A stretch of 62,673 nt of DNA from a virus (IMGVR_UViG_3300010397_000009:1-62673); one strand, 5' to 3'; numbered from the stretch's first letter, positions 1 through 9,699 are shown. Notes: a model not told the origin generated them from the sequence alone. Program-made: numbers and translations.

Positions 1-123
1 CTCGGCGGAGGTATCACGAACCGACCGTTCTTGAAGAACCTGATGCCGATCAACCTGTCCGAACTCAGCTTCAACGAGCCGGACCTGTCCAACAAGAAGG
101 AGAACGAGGTGGACCCGAAGCAG
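1..123. repeat. Terminal direct repeat (copy 1); circular assembly overlap
   Basis: 1-123 identical to 62551-62673; the protease ORF reads through the join in frame. Confidence 0.95.
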
Positions 124-769
124 GCGCGCAAGCGTCGGGCTGGCCGAGGATGCATCGGACGAGGAACTGGCCACCCGGCTTGGCTTGATCAAGCAGCTGG
201 GAGAGGCGTTCCCCAATGGTGCTCCGCAGGTCACGCCCCCGAAGGTCGAGACTCCGCCGGCTCCGCCGGCTCCTGCCTTCCAGCTTACGGAAGACATCAA
301 GACCCTGTCGGAGAACAACCCGCAGGTGAAGGCTCTTCTGACCTTCGTCGAGAGCACGGTGCAGGCCAACAAGGATAACGCGGTCAAGCTGCGCGAGCAG
401 AATGTCGCGATGAAGCTGACTGAGTTCGACAAGAGCGGCCTTGTGCTGACTCCGACGGCTCGCGAGGCTGTGTCTGCGATCATGCTCGATGAGGCAATGA
501 CTCCGGCTCTGTCGGAGAAGATCTGGGCGGTCCTGGCTGACGCTCGGAACAGCAACAAGTTCTTCATCCAGCTCGGCGAGATCGGTTCTAGCGCTACCGC
601 GCAGCGCCTGGTCTCCGGCGTGACTGCGACCGACAAGTACAACGGCTTGGTCAAGCAGCTCATGGAGCAGGACAAGCTGGGTTACGCCGACGCTGCAATT
701 CGCGTCTCGCAGGCACACCCGCAGCTGATGGAAGACTACCGTCAGGAATCGTTCGCTTTCAAGGAGTAA
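109..769 (+). CDS. Capsid scaffolding protein (C-terminal part of a Mu gpI/Z-like protease-scaffold gene), with apparent frame break near 136
   Basis: AAGGAG RBS + GTG at 109 (VDPKQARKR); frame 2 from 137 reads GLAEDASDEELATRLG... through ORF 185..769; helical, Pro-rich linker; lies between protease and capsid genes. Confidence 0.75.
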
Positions 770-785
770 GAAGGGAGGGTAGGTC

Positions 786-1238
786 ATGGCTGGTGGAGCT
801 AACTACATCTTGGACAAGGGTTTCCCTGTCCTGAAGACGTACAACTCTTCGAGTGTGAACGGTGTTCAGGCTTTCCGTGCGGTCAAGTTCTCCGTGTCCG
901 GCGGTAAAGCAAACATCGACCTGGCCACCGCAGCGACTACTCAGCCGCTCGGTGTCGTTCAGGAAAACATCGATGCGGTGAAGGTCGCGTACGGCAACGC
1001 TGTTGCTTCTGTGCGACTGGAAGGCATCACTAGGATGGTGGCTAACGCCACGCCGGGCGCTATCGCTCTCGGCTCTCCTATCATGGCTGGTTCTACGGGC
1101 GGTGCCGTTCTGGCTACAACTGGTGGCACCAACTTCGTCCTCGGCCTTTGCGTTGGTATGACCCAGCCGGGTGGTACTGTCCTGGCCGGCGACCTGATCG
1201 ACGTCCTGCTGACGCCCGGCCCGCAGAAGCTGGCCTAA
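786..1238 (+). CDS. Capsid decoration/cement protein (DUF2190-like)
   Basis: 150 aa, Gly/Ala-rich, ends AGDLIDVLL; immediately upstream of the major capsid gene. Confidence 0.7.
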   Translation: MAGGANYILDKGFPVLKTYNSSSVNGVQAFRAVKFSVSGGKANIDLATAATTQPLGVVQENIDAVKVAYGNAVASVRLEGITRMVANATPGAIALGSPIMAGSTGGAVLATTGGTNFVLGLCVGMTQPGGTVLAGDLIDVLLTPGPQKLA

Positions 1239-1264
1239 TACACACCTGAGGGGAGTGAAACAGA

Positions 1265-2242
1265 GTGGCAGCTTACAACCCGTCAGGTGGCGGCAACGTC
1301 CACGTCGATCAGATTCTTTCGCAGATCAGCATCGCGTGGCCCAACGCCGGACTAGTCGGTGAGAAGCTGTTCCCGAGCGTCACCGTTCGGAAGCAGACTG
1401 ACAAGTACTACATCTTCGGTCGTGAAGCATGGTTGCCGGAAGCCGGCGACTACCGTGCTCCTGGCACTGAGGCGAACGAGATTCCTGGTCTCCAGGTTTC
1501 GACCGACCAGTACTACGCGGCAGAGCACGCCCTGCAGATCGCGGTCACGGACGAGGAGCGCGAGAACGCAGACGCGCCGCTTGCACCAGACCGCGATGCA
1601 ACCGAGCTGGTGACTTCGCGCATCATGCTTGGTCGTGAGTTCGCGATGATGACGCTGGCAACCACTGCAGCGAACTACGCATCGACGAACACCGCAACGA
1701 TGTCCGGTACCACGCAGTGGAACGACTACGTCAACTCGGACCCGATCTCCGCCCTGCGGACCGGAAAGACTGCGATTCACAACCGCATCTTCATGGACCC
1801 GACTGTCGCGGTGGTCCCGTACCTGGTGATGGTCACCCTCGAGGACCACCCGGACTTCCTGGAGCGCATCAAGTACTCCGAGCGGGCGATCTTCTCGCCG
1901 GAGCTGCTGAACGCGGTCCTGGGCCTCGGCGAGATCGTGGTTCCTGGTGTCGGCTACAACAGCGCACACGAAGGTCAGACTACCTCGCTCGGCTACCTGT
2001 GGCCGAAGGACGTCGTGCTCGCATACGTCCCGCCGCGTCCGGGTCTCAAGATCCCGGCGTACGGCTACGAGTTCCAGTGGGGCGGTCAGTTCGTGGATCG
2101 GTGGCGTGAAGAGAAGCGCGCATCGGACCTTCTGCGAATCCGTCGTCGTTACGACCTCAAGCTGCCGGCCCAGGGCGACCCGGGTTCTGCAGACGCAGGT
2201 CTTTCCATCGCGGGCTACGTCATCAAGACCGCGATCGCGTAA
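1265..2242 (+). CDS. Major capsid protein (HK97 fold, lambda E-like)
   Basis: 325 aa; HVDQILSQISIAW, LFPSVTV, RAPGTEANE, SDPI motifs; strong codon bias; position in head module. Confidence 0.9.
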   Translation: MAAYNPSGGGNVHVDQILSQISIAWPNAGLVGEKLFPSVTVRKQTDKYYIFGREAWLPEAGDYRAPGTEANEIPGLQVSTDQYYAAEHALQIAVTDEERENADAPLAPDRDATELVTSRIMLGREFAMMTLATTAANYASTNTATMSGTTQWNDYVNSDPISALRTGKTAIHNRIFMDPTVAVVPYLVMVTLEDHPDFLERIKYSERAIFSPELLNAVLGLGEIVVPGVGYNSAHEGQTTSLGYLWPKDVVLAYVPPRPGLKIPAYGYEFQWGGQFVDRWREEKRASDLLRIRRRYDLKLPAQGDPGSADAGLSIAGYVIKTAIA

Positions 2243-2251
2243 GGAGAGATC

Positions 2252-2515
2252 ATGCCGCAGTTCAAAGCACTCTCGAACATCACCCACGGTGAAGAGCAGG
2301 AAGACGGCACTGTCGTCGAGACGCACTTCCCGTACGGTGCTGTCGTCGAGGGCATCAGCAAGGAAGCAATGAAGAACCTCTGGAACGCAGGGGTTCTGGA
2401 GCAGGTCGACGAGACGCCGGTTCCGGTTGCCACGTCGACGGTTAAGGCCCCTGCAGCACCGGCCGGTGATGGTGGCTCTGAAACCACTGATCCAGCGTCG
2501 GGGTCGGCGGAGTAG
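2252..2515 (+). CDS. Small head-associated hypothetical protein
   Basis: AAGGAG RBS; directly after the major capsid gene. Confidence 0.6.
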   Translation: MPQFKALSNITHGEEQEDGTVVETHFPYGAVVEGISKEAMKNLWNAGVLEQVDETPVPVATSTVKAPAAPAGDGGSETTDPASGSAE

Positions 2516-2542
2516 GAGTTCGGCTCGTAGAGCGCGGGGATA

Positions 2543-2575
2543 GGGCGGGCATCTCAGGCACCGGGGTGCCCGCCC
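2543..2575 (+). terminator. GC-rich stem-loop after head genes
   Basis: GGGCGGGCATCTC...GGGGTGCCCGCCC inverted repeat; no clear U-tract. Confidence 0.55.
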
Positions 2576-2603
2576 ACACGCCTAATAGGAGGGGGGTTAG
2601 GTT

Positions 2604-3059
2604 ATGGCTCGAATCAATGTCGCTGAGGCGCAGGCCTGGCTAGAGTCGACCAAGGGCAATTTGAACAACGCTCTTGACGGCAACCTTCTTGGCAACCTCG
2701 AAGAAGAGGTCCTCGACGAACTCGCTGCCGTCTACGACACCTCCACTTGGAGCGACCCAACCAACACTCCTAAGCTCGTTCGTACAATCATCTCGAAGAT
2801 GTACGCTGGCTGGTTCTATATGCGCCAGTACAGTGAGGACACCGACGCTAAGAATCCATACGCACAGTCGCTGCTGGACAACGCGCGCATGCTTATGGAT
2901 GGATTGCTTGACGGCTCGATTACCCTTCCGGGTGTACCGACCGCTATTTCGGGTCAGATTACCTTCTACCCGGATGACGCCAGTAGTGCAACAGATCCTC
3001 GTACGTCGGATGACCCTTCAGTTGGTCCTGCGGCGTTCTCTATGACTACGAGGTTCTGA
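2604..3059 (+). CDS. Head-to-tail adaptor (Mu gp36/DUF1320-like)
   Basis: P-x-LVRTIISKMYAGWFY and LLDGSITLPG pattern; synteny. Confidence 0.7.
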   Translation: MARINVAEAQAWLESTKGNLNNALDGNLLGNLEEEVLDELAAVYDTSTWSDPTNTPKLVRTIISKMYAGWFYMRQYSEDTDAKNPYAQSLLDNARMLMDGLLDGSITLPGVPTAISGQITFYPDDASSATDPRTSDDPSVGPAAFSMTTRF

Positions 3060-3727
3060 TGCCTGGCCTACCTCGTGAGCCTATTACGACGGGCTCAATC
3101 TCTTCGGGAATGATCGCCAATGCTATCCGAGGCCTTCGTTTTGATACGATTCGATCTGTCAAGTGGGAGCTCAAGCCTTCGGTAGGTATTGTCGCTAAGG
3201 ATGTCCAGCGTCTAGGTATGGACATTCGATCTTTCCATGAGCCTCTGGTAAAGATCGTTAAGCTTGTTTTGATTCCATCCATTCAGAAGAACTTCGCCGA
3301 GGGTGGACGACCGGCGTGGGAGCCTCTAGCCGAGAGCACGGTACGGGTCAGGCACTACTCCGCTTGGCCAATCCTGCAGGTTACGGGCAAGCTCAAGAAG
3401 CGTGCAACACAATTCAACATCTGGGACATCGGTTCAGGCACGGCGACCATTAGATCACTGCCTAGTGATGTGTTCTATGGTATGTTTCACCAAGCAGGTG
3501 TCGAGGGTCATGAAGCTGACATGAGCCGAGCACTGGCAGCTAAGCCAGCTAGGAAGGGCGTTGTCAGCGCTGCAGACATAATGCAGGCCTCAGGTGGTGA
3601 AGGGTGGAGCCTACCAGCTCGTCCGTTCATCATGTACCAAGAGCAAGACATTCCGAAGATGGAAGCTATCTTTGCTCAGTGGATGGAAGAGCGTGCTATC
3701 AGGTCCGGCCGCTTTAGGAGCATGTGA
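3059..3727 (+). CDS. Virion morphogenesis/neck protein (Mu gpG-like)
   Basis: NFAEGGRPAWEPLAEST, ILQVTGKL, YGMFHQAG, LPARPFI motifs. Confidence 0.8.
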   Translation: MPGLPREPITTGSISSGMIANAIRGLRFDTIRSVKWELKPSVGIVAKDVQRLGMDIRSFHEPLVKIVKLVLIPSIQKNFAEGGRPAWEPLAESTVRVRHYSAWPILQVTGKLKKRATQFNIWDIGSGTATIRSLPSDVFYGMFHQAGVEGHEADMSRALAAKPARKGVVSAADIMQASGGEGWSLPARPFIMYQEQDIPKMEAIFAQWMEERAIRSGRFRSM

Positions 3728-4203
3728 TGGCAAACATTGATTCACTGGACCTGGTCGCGCAGGCCTTGGTCAATAAGATCACCACAGCGGCTGCGAATGG
3801 TCTGCTCCATGATGCTCTCGGTGACACGATTCTTCAACCGGCGAACGTCTTCTACGGCGACCAGAGTAAGTACCCAGCAGTTCCGGCGGTTGCAATTGAG
3901 CCGAATAGTCGTCCGCGGACCCTTAACGGACTATCATTCCGTACGGACAACAACTTCACGGTTTACATCTTGTGCTACCACAGCCAGCTTGATCAGTCAA
4001 TACAGAAGACACGGCAGCAGATCCAACAGCTGTCCGAGAACATAGAAACACTAATCCACCAGGATCCGCAACTTGGAGGCCTGTTGGTTCATTGTTTCTG
4101 TGAGAACAATGAGTCCGGGTACACGTACCGTAGTGGAACGTTGTACAGGAGCAATCGCATCACGTTCAGTGGCTATTCCAAGACGATGCTGCGGAACCCG
4201 TAA
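3724..4203 (+). CDS. Tail terminator/completion protein
   Basis: Size and position before tail tube; DPQLGG motif. Confidence 0.6.
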   Translation: MMANIDSLDLVAQALVNKITTAAANGLLHDALGDTILQPANVFYGDQSKYPAVPAVAIEPNSRPRTLNGLSFRTDNNFTVYILCYHSQLDQSIQKTRQQIQQLSENIETLIHQDPQLGGLLVHCFCENNESGYTYRSGTLYRSNRITFSGYSKTMLRNP

Positions 4204-4212
4204 AGGAGAAGC

Positions 4213-4401
4213 ATGCTAGCGTACACGATCGAGGCGGACCGCAATGCCATTGTGGAAGGTCTGGCGCTGTTCAACGCAGGTGAGACTAAGACGTTCACTG
4301 AACAGGATGCCGAAGCCTTCTTCAACTTCCGCGGTCTGAAGCTGAACCAGGGCAACTTGCCGGAGGGTCTAACCCTCACTGTAACCGTTAAGGAGGACTA
4401 G
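4213..4401 (+). CDS. Small hypothetical protein
   Basis: AAGGAG RBS; stop overlaps the tail tube start. Confidence 0.6.
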   Translation: MLAYTIEADRNAIVEGLALFNAGETKTFTEQDAEAFFNFRGLKLNQGNLPEGLTLTVTVKED

Positions 4402-5666
4402 TGTCTCTTGGCATTGGTGCTGGTGGGTTCGCAGGCCTGGCCTTCGAGGCTCTGACCCCTCCAACCAACTTCGTAGGTACTCCCGCAGCTGGTGGTGCTC
4501 TTACCGCTGGCACGTACAAGTACTACATCACCGCGATCAACGCTGTCGGTGAGACGACCGTCAGCACTGAGGTTACCGTTACCACTTCGGCAGGTAACCT
4601 GACTTCAGCCCTCACCTGGAACGCTGTTGCAGGTGCTACGGGCTACAAGATTTATCGTACAGCAGCAGCAGGTGCTTCGAACTCCGAGCTTCTGCTCACC
4701 ACGCTCGGTGCAGTCACCTCGTTCAACGACACTGCAGTGGGTGCACCTTCTGGTGCCTTCCCGACCGTGAACACCGCATTCACTCCGGGTACCTACACTG
4801 CGCCGACTAAGTTCTTCCCGTTCAACAACGAGTCGATCAAGTTCGTGCAGGACACGGTCTGGCGTCGCCCAATCCGGAAGAGTGCCGACGTTGTTGGCGC
4901 TAGCCCGGGTAACTCGCACATCGAGGGTGACATCGAGATGGAGGCGTTCGAGGACGTCATCCCGTACTTCTGCTTCGCAGGACGTATGACGTGTGTCAAG
5001 AGCGGTTCGAACCCGAACTTCGTGTACACCTTCACTCCGATCGATACGGCGATTCCGCCGCGGACCTTGTCGATCACACTTCACCGTATCGACGTTGGCA
5101 TCTTCGGCTACGTCGGCTGTGTTGTCTCGGCAATCAAGTTCACGATCGACAACGGTGAGCTCATGTGCACCGTGAGCATCGTGGGCACGGATGAGGCTTC
5201 GCAGTCTGATCCTACGCCGACGTTCTCGACGGTTGGTTCGTTTGGTGCTGGTCAGTACAGCATCGAGGTTCCGACGGGTTCTCCGGTCTTCGATACGGAT
5301 ACGTTCGAGTTCACGATCGACGACCAAGCCGAAGCTCAGTTCCGTCTGAAGAACACAGGTCGTGGTGCACAGTTCGTCAAGTACGGCGAGCGTAACTGCA
5401 CCATGCACCTCGAGCGCGACTTCACCGCACGTACCGACTACGATGCCTTCAAGGCATACACGAGCCAGACGATCACGCTCACCGCAACCAAGGGCGTGAA
5501 CAACAGCATCTCGCTGCTGGCACCTGTTGCCATCAAGGACACCTTCGAGGTGAACCTGAGTGGTCAGGGCGACCTGCTTCGCGCTCAGATCAACTACCAG
5601 AACGTTCTGAATGCGGCTCCGGCTACGTACCAGATCACGATCAAGACGCAGGAGAGCCTCAGCTAA
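4401..5666 (+). CDS. Major tail tube protein with inserted FN3/Ig-like domain
   Basis: FE...PGTY-APTKFFPFNNESI tube motif split by a GTYKYYITAINAVGET...LTWNAVAGATGYKIYR FN3-like insert. Confidence 0.8.
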   Translation: MSLGIGAGGFAGLAFEALTPPTNFVGTPAAGGALTAGTYKYYITAINAVGETTVSTEVTVTTSAGNLTSALTWNAVAGATGYKIYRTAAAGASNSELLLTTLGAVTSFNDTAVGAPSGAFPTVNTAFTPGTYTAPTKFFPFNNESIKFVQDTVWRRPIRKSADVVGASPGNSHIEGDIEMEAFEDVIPYFCFAGRMTCVKSGSNPNFVYTFTPIDTAIPPRTLSITLHRIDVGIFGYVGCVVSAIKFTIDNGELMCTVSIVGTDEASQSDPTPTFSTVGSFGAGQYSIEVPTGSPVFDTDTFEFTIDDQAEAQFRLKNTGRGAQFVKYGERNCTMHLERDFTARTDYDAFKAYTSQTITLTATKGVNNSISLLAPVAIKDTFEVNLSGQGDLLRAQINYQNVLNAAPATYQITIKTQESLS

Positions 5667-5893
5667 TGGATCGTCACCCTAGTGTTGCAGCCATCATGCC
5701 GTTCTTTGAGTACGCGCATCTTACGCATCCGATCCTTCGTGAGGTTAGCCACAGGGTCGGAGACGTAGCATGGGCCATGTACAATGATGAGCGTCTTGAT
5801 GGTGCAGAACTTACCGTAGGTCTGAGGAAGCTTCTCGAGGCAAAGGATTGCTTTGTGCGAGCAGCACTGTCACCGAAGACTCAAGGTAGCTAG
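5666..5893 (+). CDS. Small helical-hairpin protein, possibly Acb2/Tad1-like
   Basis: FFEYAHL...ELTVGLRKLLEAKDCFVRA; inserted in tail operon; function is inference only. Confidence 0.55.
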   Translation: MDRHPSVAAIMPFFEYAHLTHPILREVSHRVGDVAWAMYNDERLDGAELTVGLRKLLEAKDCFVRAALSPKTQGS

Positions 5894-5897
5894 TTCA

Positions 5898-6005
5898 GTT
5901 AGACTCAGAATAGACTGTGTCTCTTAGAGTCTAACCGAGGATTCATACAACCCCAATAGAGCTACACGGGCTAGTGGAACACCAAGGTTAGACTCTAAGA
6001 GAGAC
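5898..6005 (+). repeat. Dispersed AGAC-box/attC-like element, copy 1
   Basis: GTTAGAC(5898)-TAGAC(5911)-GTCT(5919)-GTCTAAC(5929)-N51-GTTAGAC(5987)-GAGAC(6001). Confidence 0.9.
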
Positions 6006-6016
6006 TAGGAGGAAGA

Positions 6017-6220
6017 ATGTCAACGCTTTGGTATAAGGTGAACGGCGGACTAACCCGTCAATTCCAAACAGACCTTGCACCAGAAGACGGCTACTTCGAT
6101 CTGGTCATGGAAGTAGTGAAGGACGCGACCGAGCCACTCCAGATCGACATCTGGTTTAGTTCGAATACTTCTCTTACACCAGATCGTCGACACGAGCACG
6201 GCGGTACTGTCCAAGCATAA
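6017..6220 (+). CDS. Hypothetical protein
   Basis: AGGAGG RBS immediately after element copy 1. Confidence 0.6.
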   Translation: MSTLWYKVNGGLTRQFQTDLAPEDGYFDLVMEVVKDATEPLQIDIWFSSNTSLTPDRRHEHGGTVQA

Positions 6221-6280
6221 ACAGCGGCCCTGTGGAATTCTGTAACAGTCAGGGGCCCGGCATGATCAGAGGGAGATCAA

Positions 6281-6721
6281 ATGCCACTCGCAACAGGAGC
6301 AGGTGACAACCAGAAACGGTGCGATCTAGTTTCGTGCCCAGGGGGATATGTCGTTCTTCGTCGTATGACGTGGGGCGAGAAGATGCACCGCAAGTCGTTC
6401 ATGTCGAAGGTGAAGATCGGTCAGGAAGCTGCCAGCGGTAATCGCGCAGAGCGTCGTAGTGGTGCAGCGCAGGCTTTCAGTGCCGAGCTCGACATGATGA
6501 ACGAGCAGGTGTCCGCATACGAGTTCAGCGTGTCGATCCTCGACCACAACCTCGAGTACAAGGTCGGTACGAACGACGACGGTACTGATCAGCTTGCAAA
6601 GCTGGACTTCAAGAACCCGGCTCACCTCAAGATGCTCGACGGTACAATCGGTGAAGAGATCGACGATCTCATCACTAATCTGAACGACTTCGAGAATGAT
6701 CCTGACACGGGAAAATCATAG
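6281..6721 (+). CDS. Tail assembly chaperone (short form)
   Basis: Between tube and tape measure; ends in slippery G GGA AAA at 6709-6715. Confidence 0.85.
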   Translation: MPLATGAGDNQKRCDLVSCPGGYVVLRRMTWGEKMHRKSFMSKVKIGQEAASGNRAERRSGAAQAFSAELDMMNEQVSAYEFSVSILDHNLEYKVGTNDDGTDQLAKLDFKNPAHLKMLDGTIGEEIDDLITNLNDFENDPDTGKS

Positions 6722-6942
6722 CGTCGCTCGCTCGTGTCATCGTCAGCCGGATTAAAGAACCTAAAGACGAATACGACGAAGCGGCGTTCGAGATAGTGGG
6801 CGTATTCAGAATGTGTCAAGCACTTAAGACGCAGCCCGTTTCGGGTGGAGTACTTGAACAGGACAGTCTGTTTATGCACTACCTCGGATACATTCTCGAG
6901 TACGACGCAGCAAGGGCTGAATTGGATCAAAAGCAAAAGTGA
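6281..6942 (+). CDS. Tail assembly chaperone, -1 frameshifted long form
   Basis: -1 frame after GGGAAAA is open to TGA 6940-6942, encoding MCQALKTQPVSGGVLEQDS, a typical gpGT-like C-terminus. Confidence 0.85.
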
Positions 6943-6951
6943 GGTGGGATC

Positions 6952-9690
6952 GTGGGTATCACGGCGCGCGACCTCTTCTTCGTCCTGAAGGTTCGGGACG
7001 AAGCTTCTAGTGCGCTCAACAGTGTTACCCGCGATCTGTTTCGTATTGGCGCCGCGGCCGCTGCAGAAGATAAGAGGGCAGAGGCATCGCGGCTTCGTGA
7101 GCTTGCAGGACAGTCTCGACTTTCCGCAGCCGCACAACGCGAACTGGCCGAGCGACAGAAGCTGAATGGTGCCACTAAGCAGCAGATCGCGGCCACTCTT
7201 GCAGCTGCTCGTGCACACGAAGATGATGCCAAGCAAACATTTGCAGAGGCAACAAGTCTTGATCGTGAAGCAGCTTCACTAGAACGTTCGGCACGTAGTC
7301 ACCAGCGTGTAGCCAAGGCTATGTCCGATGCTGGTAAGGCTGCTACGATCGCCGGTATCGCAATGGCAGGCGCAGGCGCACTAGGAGTAGTTGCGCTGTT
7401 GTCGACTGCTAAGGCTGCCGAGGAATACGGTCGACAGGTTGCTCTGACGCAGACTCAGATCGATGGCTTCAGTGCTAGTCAGGCACAGCTAGCCAAGATC
7501 GGAATTGACACAGCTAATAGTATCGCAGCGCCCTTCGAACAGATGCAGGAAACTCTGTACGACATCTTCTCGTCGACAGATGCTAACCTTGCACAAGGTA
7601 CTGTTCTGCTTAAGGCGTTCAGCAAGGCTGCGGTTGCTGGTCAGGTCGCCATTCGTGATGCCGCTGACTCGACTATGGGAATCATGAACGCGTTCAAGAT
7701 TCCCTTCGAAGATGTCAACAACGTTCTAGACGTTCAGTTCCAGTTGGTCCGTAAGGGTGTTGGTACCTACGCACAGTTCTCGAGTGTGATCGGTCGAGCC
7801 GTTCCCTCCGCTGTGCGCTATGGTGCTAGCCTTCAGGACCTTGCCGGTTCTCTCGCGTTCTTGACCCGTAATGGTCTCAGCCCTGCAATGGCTGCTGCTT
7901 CCGTCGCACGTGCTTTTGATGCCTTGGATAACCCCAAGGCCATCAACAACATGAAGGAACTGGGCATCAATGTCTACGACACAACGGGCAAACTCCGACC
8001 CTTCACGGACGTTCTTGGTGATCTGCAAAAGAAGATTCTAGCACTGCCTCCGAAGGACCGACTTCAGGCTCTGACAGATGTCTTCAAGGGTGCTGGCGGC
8101 ACAATCCAGGCACGACGCTTCCTGGACCAGATCCTCATTGGTAAGAATGCGCCTGCGCAGCTGAAGGCCCTTAAGGGCTTCATTGATGATATGAAGAACT
8201 CCACTGGGCAGTTTGGCGCGGCCTACGATAAGATGTCCAAGACTGTCGCGGCGCAGAGTCAGTTGCTGCACAACCGGTGGGAGACGCTTAAGGTAACTCT
8301 GGGCGTTATCTTCCTACCGATTGCAGTTAAGGTCATCGGTTGGATCAGTAAGCTCTTCATGTGGTTCGAGAAGTTGTCGCCGACTACTCAAAAGTGGATT
8401 GGCTACATTCTGCTCGCCGCAGCTGCACTATCCACGGTTATAGGTTTTGCCGTTGTGCTCGTTGGTGGGTTCCTAACATTGGCTGGAGCTGCTGCGGCCC
8501 TGGGCATTGGCTTTACAGAGATCGCTGTTGCTGTTGGTGCCATCGTAGCAGCTATCGCTGGCGTTGTTCTGGGTATCATTTACTTTGCTAAGCACAGTGA
8601 TCAGCTTAAGGCGATCTGGGCTGTAATAAAGAAGGACGCTATAAGTCTTCGGGACACACTGATTCAGGTGTGGCAGAAGATTACGGATACGTACAACACC
8701 TACCTCAAGCCCGCACTTGAAGACTTCTGGCAGTTCCTCCAGAACAAGGTCATGCCTGTTATCATGCAGGTCGCTGGCCAAGCAATTACGCTTTGGAACA
8801 CCAAGATCAAGGAAGCGCTCCGAGTCATCGGTGACTTCATTGATAAGGGCCTTCAGGTTCTGGCAGACGTTATCACTGGCGTCATCAAGCCTATCTTCGC
8901 AGACATCGCAAAGTGGATTAAAGAGCACGGCGATACGATTCACAAGGTCATCACGGTCATTGGTCAGATCATTAAGTGGGTCATGATCATCTTCGGCGCG
9001 TTGATTGTACTGATCATCGGTGGCGTTATCGCAGCGTTCGTTGCATTCATTGCAATCGTGGATGGACTGCTTCACGTCATCGACTTCTTGGTTCATGCAG
9101 TTAAGCTCGCCTGGAGTTGGCTGAAGGAACTAGGCAGTGCAATCGCTACAGCGGCGAAGGCGCTTTGGAATTGGCTGATGAAGGCCGATGATGCCATGAT
9201 CAAGTTCGGTCAAGCCATCCCAGGTAAGATCACTGGCTTCTTCAAAGGCGCGGGTACTTGGTTGTACAACATCGGCAAGGATATTATCAATGGTCTGATT
9301 GATGGCTTTAAGTCCAAGATGTCGGACCTCGGTAACTTCCTCGGCGGCGTTGGCAGCTTCATCAAGAACCACAAGGGCCCGAAGTCGAAGGACCTTGTCA
9401 TGTTGAAGCCCCACGGTGGCTGGATTATGTCTGGTCTGATCAGAGGTATCAAGGAGTCGATTCCGAAGCTAAAGGGCGCTGTGGACTCTGTGACAAGGGT
9501 GATTAACCCGTTTGCCAGCGGCGTCAGTTCTGCCCACCCTGCATACGCAGGTACGACTTACAAGCCCACGCCGCCTCCATCAGAGTGGCAAGGTAAGACG
9601 ATCAACAATCACATCACAGTCAATACGCAGGAAGTCAACCCACGTAAGCAAGCAGCTGAACTGGGTTGGGAGCTTGCGAACAAGATGTAA
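6952..9690 (+). CDS. Tape measure protein
   Basis: 912 aa, Ala-rich helical, TP901-type core, hydrophobic and Trp-periodic segments. Confidence 0.95.
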   Translation: MGITARDLFFVLKVRDEASSALNSVTRDLFRIGAAAAAEDKRAEASRLRELAGQSRLSAAAQRELAERQKLNGATKQQIAATLAAARAHEDDAKQTFAEATSLDREAASLERSARSHQRVAKAMSDAGKAATIAGIAMAGAGALGVVALLSTAKAAEEYGRQVALTQTQIDGFSASQAQLAKIGIDTANSIAAPFEQMQETLYDIFSSTDANLAQGTVLLKAFSKAAVAGQVAIRDAADSTMGIMNAFKIPFEDVNNVLDVQFQLVRKGVGTYAQFSSVIGRAVPSAVRYGASLQDLAGSLAFLTRNGLSPAMAAASVARAFDALDNPKAINNMKELGINVYDTTGKLRPFTDVLGDLQKKILALPPKDRLQALTDVFKGAGGTIQARRFLDQILIGKNAPAQLKALKGFIDDMKNSTGQFGAAYDKMSKTVAAQSQLLHNRWETLKVTLGVIFLPIAVKVIGWISKLFMWFEKLSPTTQKWIGYILLAAAALSTVIGFAVVLVGGFLTLAGAAAALGIGFTEIAVAVGAIVAAIAGVVLGIIYFAKHSDQLKAIWAVIKKDAISLRDTLIQVWQKITDTYNTYLKPALEDFWQFLQNKVMPVIMQVAGQAITLWNTKIKEALRVIGDFIDKGLQVLADVITGVIKPIFADIAKWIKEHGDTIHKVITVIGQIIKWVMIIFGALIVLIIGGVIAAFVAFIAIVDGLLHVIDFLVHAVKLAWSWLKELGSAIATAAKALWNWLMKADDAMIKFGQAIPGKITGFFKGAGTWLYNIGKDIINGLIDGFKSKMSDLGNFLGGVGSFIKNHKGPKSKDLVMLKPHGGWIMSGLIRGIKESIPKLKGAVDSVTRVINPFASGVSSAHPAYAGTTYKPTPPPSEWQGKTINNHITVNTQEVNPRKQAAELGWELANKM

Positions 9691-9699
9691 GGGGGCCCG

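Noticed and set aside
1-123. Physical terminal repeat of the virion DNA
   Set aside because: Falls inside the protease gene and has k-mer-like length, so an assembly overlap is more likely
31-378. ORF 31..378 as an independent gene
   Set aside because: It is the protease C-terminus plus out-of-frame read-through past the break near 136
1352-2326. Long antisense ORFs (e.g. 1352..2326, 71..787, 26764..27507, 39904..40605, 48268..49386)
   Set aside because: Shadow frames of GC3-biased real genes; no RBS or motifs
4401-5666. Contractile tail sheath, suggested by the Mu-like head genes
   Set aside because: Motifs fit a tube protein; no sheath or baseplate wedge genes; Dit/hub layout is siphovirus-like
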